NCBI GenBank assembly: GCA_039698055.1
Contig: JBDKTL010000037.1
Coordinates: forward strand, 1-64,000
DNA: 64,000 nucleotides
Direction of reading: 5' to 3'
Origin: Methanoregula sp.
GTDB taxonomy: Archaea > Halobacteriota > Methanomicrobia > Methanomicrobiales > Methanospirillaceae
A program made the position numbers and the translations under genes. The notes under the pieces are model-generated. The model had not been told where the DNA came from, ran no database searches, and saw nothing but the letters and a program-made list of their open reading frames with translations. How positions within the stretch are numbered: position 1 is the stretch's first letter; each line of letters starts with the position of its first letter. Below are positions 39,166 through 50,070 of this stretch, one piece after another.

Positions 39166-40509
39166 TTACTCTTCGCGGAGCATCCGGTCAATCGCATGGG
39201 CTGCTTTCTTTGCGGCGCCCATAGCGAGAATGACCGTTGCTGCGCCGGTAGCGATATCGCCGCCGGCAAATACCTTGCGGATCGAAGTTTTCCCGTTCTC
39301 GTCGACCTTGATGTTGCCCCGTTTCTCGCAGGCAAGGGTGGGGAGTTCCCGGATCATGAGGGGGTTTGGGCCCTGACCTATCGCTTCGATAAAAATATCC
39401 GCATCGATGGTAAACGTGCTGCCCTCCACCGGTGCGGGTGCGGGGCGCCCGCTTGTATCCATCGCACACATCTCCATGCGGACACATTCCACGCCCGTTG
39501 TCACCTGGTCGCCAAGCACCCGTACCGGGTTTGCGCACATGACAAACTTCACGCCCTCTTCCTCTGCGCGGAGGGTTTCGGCCTGCCGTGCCGGAAGATC
39601 CTCTTTCCGGCGCCGGTACACAAGCGTCACGTTACCGCCCAGCCTGCGGGCAACCCGGGCGGCATCCATCGCAACATTCCCGCCGCCGGCAACAACCACC
39701 CGGCTGCCATGTTTGACCGGCGTATCGTATTCAGGGAATTTGTCGGCATGCATCAGGTTTACCCGGGTCAAAAACTCGTTTGCCGAATAGACCCCGGGCA
39801 GGTTCTCACCGGGAATTCCCATAAAGTACGGGAGCCCGGCGCCGGTCGCAAGGAAGACCGCATCAAAGTTCAGGAGTTCCTGCACGGTAATGCTCCGGCC
39901 GACCAGATGGTTGAGCTTCAGCTCGACGCCAAGAGAGATCACCGCATCAATCTCTGACCTGACAATGGCCTTTGGCAGACGAAACGCCGGAATGCCGTAC
40001 ATCAGCACGCCGCCGGCGGCATGCAGCGACTCAAAGAGCGTGACATTATATCCAAGCCGGGACAATTCACCGGCAGCCGTGATGCCGGCCGGGCCGGCCC
40101 CGACGACTGCCACCCGGCGCCCGGTCGATGCTTTCTTCTGCGGCAGTACCGGGCCGTTTGTCCGCTCCCAGTCGGCAACAAACCGCTCAAGGGTCCCAAT
40201 CGCGATCGGCTTTTCCTTTTTGCCAAGGATACACTGCCCTTCGCACTGGACTTCCTGCGGGCAGACCCGGCCGCAGATTGCGGGCAGCATGTTCTGCTCC
40301 TTGATGATCGCAGCAGCCTTTTTGAAATTCCCGTCACCGACTTCCCGGACAAATGCCGGGATATCGATGTTCACCGGGCAGCCATTGACGCAGAGCGGCT
40401 TTTTGCACTGGAGACAGCGCTCGGCTTCAAGCATCGCCTCCTCAGGAGCAAGGCCGGTATCCACTTCGCCAAAATCATGGATTCGCTCGTCAATGGGACG
40501 GTCATGCAT
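39166..40509 (-). CDS. nfnB: GltD-like flavoprotein, NfnB/SudA subunit
   Basis: EAERCLQC..PLCVNGCP, CGRVCPQE.QCE, GAGPAG, GGGNVAMD, FAGGDI. Confidence 0.85.
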   Translation of the reverse strand: MHDRPIDERIHDFGEVDTGLAPEEAMLEAERCLQCKKPLCVNGCPVNIDIPAFVREVGDGNFKKAAAIIKEQNMLPAICGRVCPQEVQCEGQCILGKKEKPIAIGTLERFVADWERTNGPVLPQKKASTGRRVAVVGAGPAGITAAGELSRLGYNVTLFESLHAAGGVLMYGIPAFRLPKAIVRSEIDAVISLGVELKLNHLVGRSITVQELLNFDAVFLATGAGLPYFMGIPGENLPGVYSANEFLTRVNLMHADKFPEYDTPVKHGSRVVVAGGGNVAMDAARVARRLGGNVTLVYRRRKEDLPARQAETLRAEEEGVKFVMCANPVRVLGDQVTTGVECVRMEMCAMDTSGRPAPAPVEGSTFTIDADIFIEAIGQGPNPLMIRELPTLACEKRGNIKVDENGKTSIRKVFAGGDIATGAATVILAMGAAKKAAHAIDRMLREE

Positions 40510-41350
40510 GGCGCTCACCAGCCTCGCAGTGGCAGTGATGTGCCTGGTACCGCTCAAGCGAATCCTTCTCTTCCGGCTGGTACTGGCGGAGCCGGCCCAT
40601 CAGCGCATTGAAATCCACTGCATGGGCATCGAACTCGGGGCCGTCAACACAGGCAAATCTCGTCTCCCCGTTCACGGTCACCCGGCAGGAGCCGCACATG
40701 CCCGTGCCATCGACCATGATCGGGTTCAGGCTCACAAAGGTCCTGATGCCCGCCGCCCGGGTGCATTCTGCCGTCACTTTCATCATGATCGCCGGGCCGA
40801 TGATCCAGACACAGTCAACCTGCTCCTTTGCCATCACCTGCTTGAGCAGATCGGCGGCAAACCCGTGGAACCCGCGCGAGCCGTCATCAGTGGCAAGCAG
40901 GAATTCATCGCAGGCATTTTTCATCTCGTCTTCCACAATCACGAGCGAAGATGTGCGGGCGCCGATGATGCCAATCACCCGGTTGCCCAGCGCCTTTGCC
41001 GCACGGGCGATAATGGGCAGGTTCGCACTGCCCACACCGCCTCCGACAAGGACGCACGTGCCGTAGTTTCGGATATCGCTGGGTTTCCCAAGAGGCCCGG
41101 CAACGTCCCGGATATGTTCGCCGGTGCGAAGCGATGCAAGATGCGTTGTGGTTTTTCCAATGGTCATAAAAATGACGCGGATGGAGTCCCCGTCAACCGC
41201 AGAGATTGTCAGCGGTATCCGCTCGCCTTTCTCGTCAATCCTGAAAATGACAAACTGCCCGGCCTGTGCATGGTGGGCGACATGCGGCGCCCGGACCCAC
41301 ATCTGGTATACCCGGTCGGCAAGCTGGTCGTTCTTTTCTATCCGGTACAA
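40502..41350 (-). CDS. nfnA: NfnA/SudB (PyrK-like) electron-transfer subunit
   Basis: GERIPLTI, GPLG, GGGVG, SLNPIMVDGTGMCGSCRV, CVDGPEFD. Confidence 0.88.
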   Translation of the reverse strand: MYRIEKNDQLADRVYQMWVRAPHVAHHAQAGQFVIFRIDEKGERIPLTISAVDGDSIRVIFMTIGKTTTHLASLRTGEHIRDVAGPLGKPSDIRNYGTCVLVGGGVGSANLPIIARAAKALGNRVIGIIGARTSSLVIVEDEMKNACDEFLLATDDGSRGFHGFAADLLKQVMAKEQVDCVWIIGPAIMMKVTAECTRAAGIRTFVSLNPIMVDGTGMCGSCRVTVNGETRFACVDGPEFDAHAVDFNALMGRLRQYQPEEKDSLERYQAHHCHCEAGERHA

Positions 41351-41394
41351 ATGTATTCACTCCAAAATAATGCACTGCGCGTGTAGCGCATAAC

Positions 41395-43032
41395 TTAGAT
41401 GTCAAGCCTTTTTATTTTACGCACACGCACGGCCACACCCCGGTGTGACTGCACCATCTCCTTTGCCGGCATCGCCGCCCTGCCGGTTGCAATTGCCCTT
41501 TTACCGACAACGATTACTTCATCGCCGTCACGGATTTCCGGATCCGCATCGGTAACCCCCGGCGCGAGCACGTCGCCCTCGGGAATGAAATCGTCGATAC
41601 AGACCCGGTAGCCTTCCGGGATCAGTTTCCATCCGTCAAATGTCGGGCGGAGCGAACCGGTGCCGGTGTCAAGGGAGAAGAGCTGCACGTTATTTTTTGC
41701 ATAGAAGATTTCCGGGAAACGTCCCCGGGGCATGATGCCCCGGGTATCGATATCCGCATTGAACTGGAACGAGAGCATGCCGTGCAGCCGGTCGTCTTTG
41801 ACCCGCCGCACACCGGCCAGTGCCTGGTCAAGACAGTTTAGCGCCGTATCGCTTGCCGGGTGCTCCCGACAGGAATATTCAAGCGTGATACCGCATTCCG
41901 CTGCCGCCATTTCTGCGACCTTCAGGGCGCCGCCTTCAAGGTGTGCGATGATACGGTCATAGGTATGGGCCTTGAAATACCGGGCAAGGACGCCCGATAT
42001 GAATGCACATTCCTCTGCATCCCAGTAGCCGGTTACCGGCACATCATAGTGCATCGCGGGATAACAGCACTCCAGTTCGCGGGGCACAAGCCCGAGCGGG
42101 GAGGTGACCACCAGTTCGTGGGCCCGGCCGGCAACTGCCTGCTGGAACCGCCGGTGGCTCTGGGAGAGCGAATAGGGTTTCTTTGCCGAACAGGGAAGGA
42201 GTACCGCTACGGAAGCATTGGGTGGCCGGTAATGAGAGATCAGCCGGTTGGCAAACCGTTTCGCTTCCACGCGCTGCATGGACTCCCCCGAGTTTGCCTT
42301 CATCACGCAACTGCGGGCGACAGGATTTGACTGTTCCAGAAGGGTATACTGCGAATCGAGGTGGCGCATGATAGCGACATGTTCGGCGTTCATCCGGCAG
42401 CGCGACTCGACAAGTTCCCGGAGCTGCGACTGGTCGATGAATGTTCGGACAAGCGAGAGTTCGTGCAGGAGCGCCTGCCGGTTGTGCGCCCTGAGATCCT
42501 TGTTAAGGCACCCGTCGCAGGTGCAGATGCCGCTTTTCATGGCATCGGCACCAAACTCTCCCTCAGGGGTGCAGAACACTCCCTGTGCAGATTTGAGATC
42601 GACGGCAATAAAATCAAAGAGATCGAATCCCGAATAGCAGAGCATATGGATATTTGACGGAAGCGCCGTGCCCGGTGCATACCAGAGGGTATCCGGCGGG
42701 GTTTTTTCCTTGAGCGCGACAAGCCACGCGGCATAGTTGCGGGGGTTTGCAGATGCCGTATGCCAGTTTCCCACCATCACGCAGTCGCCGCTCTGTGCCG
42801 GGTTTTCAAGGACCGGATGGATGTTGACCGGCTGCTCCCCCTCGTTGTGGATATATGCCGCAACAAACTTCGCCGGTGCCGCGAGCGGGACATTGGTCAG
42901 CGGGCGGTGATTCAGGGACGGAAAAATGGTTCCTGGTTCGACTGCCGCCGGCAGCAGGATCTTTTCGTTATCGCTTGTCAGCACGCCGGTGCGGGCAAGC
43001 CCGTCCCGGCGCCGGAAATCCACGCGGATCAA
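41395..43032 (-). CDS. arcS: Archaeosine synthase alpha subunit
   Basis: Degenerate TGT barrel, [29 protein letters not shown]-terminal PUA domain. Confidence 0.92.
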   Translation of the reverse strand: MIRVDFRRRDGLARTGVLTSDNEKILLPAAVEPGTIFPSLNHRPLTNVPLAAPAKFVAAYIHNEGEQPVNIHPVLENPAQSGDCVMVGNWHTASANPRNYAAWLVALKEKTPPDTLWYAPGTALPSNIHMLCYSGFDLFDFIAVDLKSAQGVFCTPEGEFGADAMKSGICTCDGCLNKDLRAHNRQALLHELSLVRTFIDQSQLRELVESRCRMNAEHVAIMRHLDSQYTLLEQSNPVARSCVMKANSGESMQRVEAKRFANRLISHYRPPNASVAVLLPCSAKKPYSLSQSHRRFQQAVAGRAHELVVTSPLGLVPRELECCYPAMHYDVPVTGYWDAEECAFISGVLARYFKAHTYDRIIAHLEGGALKVAEMAAAECGITLEYSCREHPASDTALNCLDQALAGVRRVKDDRLHGMLSFQFNADIDTRGIMPRGRFPEIFYAKNNVQLFSLDTGTGSLRPTFDGWKLIPEGYRVCIDDFIPEGDVLAPGVTDADPEIRDGDEVIVVGKRAIATGRAAMPAKEMVQSHRGVAVRVRKIKRLDI

Positions 43033-44477
43033 TCGATCACCTCAAACGAATCGCCGCACTCCTGCCGGAGAATGTCGGTCCAGTGCTGGAAACCGGAGAG
43101 GAAGAACCGGCTGTCCGGGTGGCTTGCCATCAGGGCATTGATCCCCCGGCAGCCCTGCCGGACAAGCGTCTCGTCCCATTCCGGCGTCTCGCTCTGGCCG
43201 ATCGGGAAGGTCTCGCCAAGTTCGGCCGGGTACGGGCCAAAGGGCGGTTTGAAGAGCAGCACTGTATCGTACCCGTCCCGTATCCCGCCATCGGATGCGA
43301 TAAGGACAGTTTCACCGAGGCGCAGGCGTGCCAGCATCTGCTGGCACCGGACGATCTCGGTCCGGGCGCAGCTCTCGTCGCCCCGGTAGAAGAACCGGCG
43401 CTTGGAGACCCGGTCATGGGTTTCAAGACGGGCTCCCTGCCGGAGCAGCGCCCGATACCCGCTGAGCAGCTGGGGATGATTCCGGCACCGGTCATCCACA
43501 AGTTCCCAGAGCGTCCCGTCAACGATCGCCTGCCGGATCCTCGCGATCTCGGCAAGCGTGACGGCAAGGTTGTGGAGCGCGAGCAGCCGGGCGCGATCCG
43601 GGGCAGTGCGCAGCTCGTCAGCAGTATGCGTGCGGCAGACGGAGCAGGCGCAGGGCAGTTCAGCGAGTTCGTTGATTTTAAAGCTCCCGTGCGTGGTGAG
43701 ATACCGGCCTTCCCTGGCATAGAGCGCATATGCTGCCGAATCGAAGAGATCGCAGCCCATTGCAGTTGCCAGCGCAAACATGGACGGGTGGCCGGCGCCA
43801 AAGAGATGGACGCACGCGGACGGCGATATCGTCTGCTTTGCGGCAAGCACGACATCCACGAGATCCCGGTACCGGTAGGATTCCATGAGCGGTACAACGG
43901 CACCGATTGGGCAGAACGAAAAGCCTAAGTCGCTGACCTCTTTACCTGCACGTTCACGGAGGTCGGGGAAAATACCGCCCTGCACCGGCCCGGCAATGGG
44001 GGCATCGGGCCCGAACAGCTCTTTTGCCTCGCGGAGCCGCTCCATCGTGATGCCGAGTTCCCGTTCTGCCGTTTCCCGGTCGGCATTGGGGGAGGTGGGG
44101 ATATCAAGCGGTACCCAGATATCGCTTTTGATATCGCGCTGGAAAGCGAGTGTCTCTGCGTTTGTGATCGTGACTTCCCCATAGACCGAGAGCTGGAACG
44201 AACCGGAGTCGGTCATGATGAGACCATCGAAATCAAGGACCTTGTGAAGCCCCTGTTCGAGCGCTATGTCCCGGTACTGCTGGCTCTGGGAAAAAATGTA
44301 GGCATTGGTGATGAGCGCTTCCACACCCATCTGCTGCATCTCGCGGGGCGTGACAAGCGGGAGGTGCGGGTTGATGACCGGAAGAAGCGCCGGGGTTTTG
44401 ATTGCTTTTTTTCCGGCAGCCAGCCTGCCGGAGCGCCCTGCAATATCACTATATAAACTTTCAAACGTGATCGCCAT
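43029..44477 (-). CDS. tgtA: tRNA-guanine(15) transglycosylase
   Basis: [47 protein letters not shown] Zn site. Confidence 0.95.
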   Translation of the reverse strand: MAITFESLYSDIAGRSGRLAAGKKAIKTPALLPVINPHLPLVTPREMQQMGVEALITNAYIFSQSQQYRDIALEQGLHKVLDFDGLIMTDSGSFQLSVYGEVTITNAETLAFQRDIKSDIWVPLDIPTSPNADRETAERELGITMERLREAKELFGPDAPIAGPVQGGIFPDLRERAGKEVSDLGFSFCPIGAVVPLMESYRYRDLVDVVLAAKQTISPSACVHLFGAGHPSMFALATAMGCDLFDSAAYALYAREGRYLTTHGSFKINELAELPCACSVCRTHTADELRTAPDRARLLALHNLAVTLAEIARIRQAIVDGTLWELVDDRCRNHPQLLSGYRALLRQGARLETHDRVSKRRFFYRGDESCARTEIVRCQQMLARLRLGETVLIASDGGIRDGYDTVLLFKPPFGPYPAELGETFPIGQSETPEWDETLVRQGCRGINALMASHPDSRFFLSGFQHWTDILRQECGDSFEVID

Positions 44478-44535
44478 GCCGCACGAAGAACTCCTGTCGC
44501 TATGTAGTGAGCTCTTCAACAGGTTAAACGGTTCT

Positions 44536-45096
44536 CTACGAAAACGACCCGGGGAAGATCTGGCCTTCAAAGGTGAGGACTTCGACATGTTTGTCTTTCC
44601 AGCATGCGCCGGGCAGGCCCGCTTTCTGGCAGGTATGGGAAAGGAAGGTTGGGCTGTCCCAGCCGTATTCGGTTGCAACCTGCGGCAGGAGCAGGCCGCT
44701 TGTCCCCCTGCCCCGGACAATAAGGCCATGCCGCCCGGTTTTCACATGTGCCGGCCGGTCTTCCGGTTCGCAGGCCAGCTGGTGCGGCACCGTAAGAACC
44801 GTGACTTCAAACGCCAGCGAGCCGACTTCGTCTTTTTGGACCGGCGGGAAACGGGGGTCTTCAAGAGCGGCTGCAACCGCTGCCTGCCGGATGGCATCGC
44901 CAAGCGGCATTACCGGGTACGGAAAGCCGATACATCCCCGGAGCTGCCCCTGCTTTGTAAGCGTCACAAAAACGCCACGGTTTTCTTCAAATACCGGGGT
45001 GAGCGGGATGGAGGTTGCGGGTTTTTTGGAGACTGCATGCTCGATGGCATCGCGGGCAAGGGCACATGCCAGTTCCCCCTCTTCATTGGTCAGCAT
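44536..45096 (-). CDS. AMMECR1-domain protein (TIGR00296)
   Basis: [25 protein letters not shown]. Confidence 0.93.
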   Translation of the reverse strand: MLTNEEGELACALARDAIEHAVSKKPATSIPLTPVFEENRGVFVTLTKQGQLRGCIGFPYPVMPLGDAIRQAAVAAALEDPRFPPVQKDEVGSLAFEVTVLTVPHQLACEPEDRPAHVKTGRHGLIVRGRGTSGLLLPQVATEYGWDSPTFLSHTCQKAGLPGACWKDKHVEVLTFEGQIFPGSFS

Positions 45097-45224
45097 CACT
45101 CTGCCTCCATATATTCAATGGTGATTTTTTATGATCAGGTTCGTTTAAGTACCTGTCGGCATGAGGCAGGCATTTTTTGGTGGCCCGGGCACTGCACTTA
45201 ATTATGTTCACCGGACAATATGTT

Positions 45225-45573
45225 AGTGAGAGGGAGAGAGCGGCTGACGGTAGCGAAATGCTGCTGAGGAAAGTCCCCCCACCCACCGAGCACGCAGCCA
45301 TACCCACGTATGGATGGTGAGAGCCATGGCAATGGCACAGAAACGATACGGCCTGTTTTAAGCGATGATGCGACTGAGCCATTTATGGCGAGAAGCGCGG
45401 TCATTCGCGCGAGTAACTCGCTGAGCGCAATTTAAAAAAACAGGATACGATGAAACGGCGAATCCCTGCGGGTGCAAGCCAGAACAGGGCAATCGATCGC
45501 TCGGTATCTGCCCGGGTTTGGCGCATAGCTGAATGCCGCTAAAACAAAAGGAGGCTTACTCCTCCCACTCACT
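45225..45573 (+). ncRNA. rnpB: RNase P RNA (archaeal type A)
   Basis: Conserved GAGGAAAGTCC, ACAGAAAC, GAAACGGC, GGTGCAAG, AACAAAAGGAGGCTTA; ends pair (AGTGAG...CTCACT, P1). Confidence 0.95.
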
Positions 45574-45756
45574 TTCTTGCCTGGACCTTTTCTGTACCTG
45601 GTAACCATCAGATGCACGCGAAAAATATTCTTTTGGTTGATAAATACTGTTTATCAATATAAAAGACTGTACTGTGTCAGCATACAGTGCCGGATACAAA
45701 AAAAATGTTCACATAGGTTTTTTAATTGTCGTAAAAATACATCCTGTTGATTGAGT

Positions 45757-46188
45757 ATGGGAAAAGAGCAGGATGTCATGCATGGTTTTGTGAAGCAGGA
45801 GATCAGCCGGTTTTATTCCAGTTTTGACGGGTGGACACTTCTTCCGGTCACGCACCTGAAAGGGTACGGCCAAATCTTTAGTGCCGAGCGGTTCGTCCAC
45901 GGAGAAAAAGAATCGGTACTGGTGCTTGTCTCATTTGAACCGACAATATCCACGGAAGTCCTCAAAACAATCGGGACTGCCGGCAGGGGTACGTATGGAG
46001 AGGCGACCACTGGCGGGATGGCAGTAATCGTGCCCCAGAACGCGGATCTGTCCGGCGTCGCCGCCGGTACCCGGGTGCTGTTCATGAAGTCGTTCTCTTT
46101 TGCAGATGGCCTGCTTGTCTGGGATAAAAACCCGGTACGAAAATTTGTGCACGGGAAAGCACCACACGAGGCTGCGGCAAGCGCGTAA
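45757..46188 (+). CDS. Hypothetical protein
   Basis: 143-aa ORF with alpha/beta-like composition, T-run after stop. Confidence 0.7.
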   Translation: MGKEQDVMHGFVKQEISRFYSSFDGWTLLPVTHLKGYGQIFSAERFVHGEKESVLVLVSFEPTISTEVLKTIGTAGRGTYGEATTGGMAVIVPQNADLSGVAAGTRVLFMKSFSFADGLLVWDKNPVRKFVHGKAPHEAAASA

Positions 46189-46315
46189 TCAGATATTTTT
46201 ATCCTTTTTTTAACCTGACTGGACAGGAAGATTGCCTGAACGTTTTTACCATGGAATTTTTACGCTGGTAGCACCGGATAAAAAATTCACCATAATCTGT
46301 TCTTAACGTGCCGGG

Positions 46316-46447
46316 TTATAATCGTCTTAATGATTTCATGTACCAGACAATGAGATAGCCAACACCGATTGTGGCGATTACGGCGGCAATGACAATAGTG
46401 AAAATGGAAGGCGATAAAAAGATTTCTAAAAACAGGTTGGCAGCCAT
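46316..46447 (-). CDS. Small single-TM membrane protein (43 aa, absent from ORF track)
   Basis: MAANLFLEIFLSPSIFTIVIAAVIATIGVGYLIVWYMKSLRRL; hydrophobic helix and basic tail; ATATATA upstream on - strand. Confidence 0.55.
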   Translation of the reverse strand: MAANLFLEIFLSPSIFTIVIAAVIATIGVGYLIVWYMKSLRRL

Positions 46448-46543
46448 TGTCCGTTATCCCGTACTGAAATGATTGGCGGGGAAGTATATATGATCACGAG
46501 TCCCTCATCGTCAGGCATGAAAAAAAAGAGGATATAAAAAAGA

Positions 46544-47596
46544 TTATTGGCCGCTTGCAGCCAGCGTTGCAGTCTTTAAATTGAAATGAATCTCAAGCAG
46601 CCCTTCTGGTGCCGTTGTCGACCCGTGCCTGACGAGCACCCCGTTGTTGTAGATGTCTGCAGAAAGCAGATCCCCGGAACCGCTCTCTTTCTGGACGGCG
46701 ATATCGATAAACGAGTCGGGGGTTGCCGGCAGCTGGTAGAACTGGACTCCTGTTCCTTGGACTTTACGAAGGTCACCGGCCGTGCCGACCGATCCGGCAT
46801 AGTTGCCGGGGCATGTGATCCGCACCCAGACACCGGTCTCCGGAATAATGAACTGAGGTGTGGCCATGGGCAGGGCAGTTATTTCCGGTGACGCGGCTGG
46901 CTCGGTTGTGACGGGAACGACTGGTTCGAGCGAGGTCTGGGCAGGAACGGGCGTTGGGATTGCAGTTGTCGTGACCGGGACCACCGGCACATTGGTTTTT
47001 CCCGCAGGGGTGTGGGTAAACAGGTAGACCCCCCCGGCTACAGCGAGAATAACAATAATGATTGCGGCAATGGCAATAATTTTCGATACGCCGGATGCCG
47101 GCCGGGAGAACGAATTTTGTTTGCGGGGTGCGTCCGGTTCGGAAGGCGCCGGCGTATGCTCATCTTTTGCCACATCTGCCGCCGCGGTCCTTTCTGCACT
47201 GATGGCAGCCACCAGCTCTCCCATGGTGATGCCGGACTGTTCTGCTTTTTTACGGGCAGTAACGGCATGTTCGCCCAGTTTCTGCACCCAGTCATCGCAT
47301 TCCTGCTGACGGTGCTCACGGTCTTTCTGGAAAAAGATCAGTTCAAGGGGTTCGGTCGCATCGTGTGCAGCGGCAAGCGAGAGCGTGAGAACCGGGTGGC
47401 CAAGTCCGCTCTCTCCGCTGGTGATCGTCATGACAGCGGCAAGAGGGATTGTCTGCGGACGGAACTGTGCATGACTGCTGTCAGAAATAATCAGCCGCTG
47501 GTTGGTGAGGATCACATCGGACCGGACGGATTTGATAAAGATATTATGCGTTGCAAGAATGATGGACTCATCACTGTCCAGATACGGGTTTCCCAT
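46544..47596 (-). CDS. Bitopic membrane protein: PH-like N-domain, TM, C-terminal beta domain (paralogue A)
   Basis: MGNPYL..ILTNQRLII; TM IIAIAAIIIVILAVAGG; TGVWVRI. Confidence 0.75.
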   Translation of the reverse strand: MGNPYLDSDESIILATHNIFIKSVRSDVILTNQRLIISDSSHAQFRPQTIPLAAVMTITSGESGLGHPVLTLSLAAAHDATEPLELIFFQKDREHRQQECDDWVQKLGEHAVTARKKAEQSGITMGELVAAISAERTAAADVAKDEHTPAPSEPDAPRKQNSFSRPASGVSKIIAIAAIIIVILAVAGGVYLFTHTPAGKTNVPVVPVTTTAIPTPVPAQTSLEPVVPVTTEPAASPEITALPMATPQFIIPETGVWVRITCPGNYAGSVGTAGDLRKVQGTGVQFYQLPATPDSFIDIAVQKESGSGDLLSADIYNNGVLVRHGSTTAPEGLLEIHFNLKTATLAASGQ

Positions 47597-48032
47597 ACGA
47601 TTACAGTCTCCTCGACTATTTTTTCGCGCTCTATGGCAATATGCTTTTATGGTTGCGAACCTCAAAAAAACCTTCGTCACCCATCATCCGGGATTCAGCC
47701 GTCAGCCCGTATCTGTTTTTTCGTCAATGACTTCTCGTAAGATCCGTAAACATTTCTCTTGTTTCATGATGGGGGTTGATACCTCTATCCCAGATTACGA
47801 TGACCCTGAAAAATCAGACTGCCATCCATCTCCATTGGGTGCCAGCGAAACAACCTCGTTTTTGTACCTGATACAACCAATAAAAATCAAATCTTGTTGC
47901 GGTGCAGGTTTCCGGATAAGCAGGTCGGCCGGATTTTTGTTGCAATAAAAAAATTTCATACCGGAATAAGAACCGTTATTGTATCGCAATAATTTCTTTT
48001 CAGACGGCCCATCATGTTGAATCCACCGGTGG

Positions 48033-49964
48033 TCACGGGGCATGTGAAACCGGGACTGTCACGCCCGGGGGGTATCCGGTACGGGTGTCGATCAGCAGGT
48101 CGATGGTGCCGTGGGGAACCCGGGTCGATTGCTGTGCAGCGACGGCGCCGTTGATATAAATCCAGACACTGATCGTCTCACCGTAATAGTCCTGTTTCTG
48201 GACAGAGACCCTGATGAGGTCGCCATTCATCTGCGGGGAGTACATCTGGTCGCCGGTACCGGAGATCGGCTGGAGGGAATTTGGGTCTCCAATCGATCCG
48301 ACAAATGTACCATTATACATGACCCGTACCCAGGTGCCGGTCAGGGGAATGGGAATAGGTGTCGTGGTTGTGACAACCGGTGCGATTGACGGGGTCACCA
48401 CCACCGGTGACGCATTTGCCGGCACATCTTTGGAGAGAATGGGCATGGTGAGCAGGATAGCGGCACCGGCAATAACCAGCAATGCGACGACAAGCAGTAC
48501 CACACCGGCCGTTAGCGTAATGCGGCGTTCCGGGGGTGACGGGGGTACTGCCCGTTCAGGAGCACCGTGTCCTTTCGGGGGAAAATCTTCCGGTTCATGC
48601 GGACGATCCGGCCCGTCAGCTGCCGGCTCCGTTTCGCTCACGGTCATCAGTATTTCCGGCACGACAGGCGCCGGTTCTTCGGGTAATTCTGCCGGTACGA
48701 CCGGAACCGGTATTGTGCCGCTGCGTACTGGCTCCGTATCGGTTATGGCGGCATCGGTTTTATCGGGCGGTATCGTCGGTTGTTCCCCGTTATCACGGGT
48801 TTCCTCCGGTGGGGAGAATGTCTCTGGAACGGAGGTGTGATCCTCGCGGCCCGGCTCGTCCGCTGTCTGCGCAATCTCATCAACCGATTTCATTTCACCG
48901 GAAAAAGTCCCGGCGGCAGATATGCTTTCGCCAGATGATACCGGTTCACGCTCCGGTTCGGCCACCTGATCCCATGAAGATGCCAAGGCCAGTTTTTTCA
49001 GCACGCCGGAGAATTTTCCCTCGTCCGGTGCAGCGGCAGTACCTGGTTTTGGATCGCCAACTCCATCCGCAGGTACGGCCGTGGATTGGGCAGGTTCCGG
49101 CATCTCCGGCATACCTTCCGGCATGTCTGGTACTGCCGGAATTTCCGGTTTTGGTGAGGGAGAGGTACCTGGAAGGTGGGACGGACCGGCACCGGACTCC
49201 CCATATTCCATCATTGGAATTACCGGATCAGGTACATCCTCCACGGGTGCCAAGATGGAGGCCACATGAGGCTCTGGCACCGGAACCTTACCGGCCATGG
49301 GCTCATCTTTGGGATAAAACGCTTCTGCCACTTCATCGCCGGGCTCATCAGGTTGCGGATATTTGTCAGGGTTTTGGTTGAAACCGCCATCCCCGCTCAC
49401 GTCTCCGGTGGTGCCGGAGAATTCCTCCCATCCGGCGGGCTCCGGCTCTTCTTCGAGCAGTTCAGGAGCAATTACAAAATCTTCCGGTTCCGGTGGCGGG
49501 GCATCTTCGGTGGTATGGGGGCGGATCATCTCCGGGGCGACAAAGCGCCGGACAAGCGGCCGCATCCCCGTCTCTTTTTGTCGCGCACTCTTGTGAACCG
49601 AACCCTGCGCTTTGCGGGCAAGCACGATATGCTCGATACATTTCCGGACCCAGTCATTGCACTCCCGGTCCCGTTGCTCGCCGTACAGCTGGGTAAAGAC
49701 AAGGTCGACGGGTTTTTGGGCGGACTCTCCCAAGGTCGTGCCGAACGTGAGAGTGATGACGGGATCCTCACGGGCATTCTGCCCCGCTTTCACGGTCAGG
49801 ATAGATGAAAGCGGGATAACCTGCGGTTCATGGGATCCGTACCTGCTGTCGACAAGAATAAGCCGCTCGGTCGTGAGAATCGCGTCGAACGGAACCGTGT
49901 TGACACTCAGCCGGTCCGTTGTCAGGACAATAAATTCCCCACGTTTCAGGTACGGGTTTGCCAC
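48033..49964 (-). CDS. Bitopic membrane protein with long acidic Pro-rich linker (paralogue B)
   Basis: MANPYL..ILTTERLIL; >300 aa E/D/P-rich linker; TM; TGTWVRV. Confidence 0.75.
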   Translation of the reverse strand: MANPYLKRGEFIVLTTDRLSVNTVPFDAILTTERLILVDSRYGSHEPQVIPLSSILTVKAGQNAREDPVITLTFGTTLGESAQKPVDLVFTQLYGEQRDRECNDWVRKCIEHIVLARKAQGSVHKSARQKETGMRPLVRRFVAPEMIRPHTTEDAPPPEPEDFVIAPELLEEEPEPAGWEEFSGTTGDVSGDGGFNQNPDKYPQPDEPGDEVAEAFYPKDEPMAGKVPVPEPHVASILAPVEDVPDPVIPMMEYGESGAGPSHLPGTSPSPKPEIPAVPDMPEGMPEMPEPAQSTAVPADGVGDPKPGTAAAPDEGKFSGVLKKLALASSWDQVAEPEREPVSSGESISAAGTFSGEMKSVDEIAQTADEPGREDHTSVPETFSPPEETRDNGEQPTIPPDKTDAAITDTEPVRSGTIPVPVVPAELPEEPAPVVPEILMTVSETEPAADGPDRPHEPEDFPPKGHGAPERAVPPSPPERRITLTAGVVLLVVALLVIAGAAILLTMPILSKDVPANASPVVVTPSIAPVVTTTTPIPIPLTGTWVRVMYNGTFVGSIGDPNSLQPISGTGDQMYSPQMNGDLIRVSVQKQDYYGETISVWIYINGAVAAQQSTRVPHGTIDLLIDTRTGYPPGVTVPVSHAP

Positions 49965-50070
49965 AAAACTACCCTCTTGTTTTTATTTTTATGCTGTCTG
50001 GAAAGATATGCTTTTTAGGTGAACATGGTGGTGATGGCCGGGCATGCCCTGCAACGCCCTCGCACCTAAC

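Noticed and set aside
39166-40509. Glutamate synthase annotation
   Set aside because: No GltB domains nearby; pairing with a PyrK-like gene indicates NfnAB/SudAB
44478-44729. N-terminal extension of tgtA in the ORF track
   Set aside because: Overlaps the AMMECR1 gene; homology begins at MAITFE (44477)
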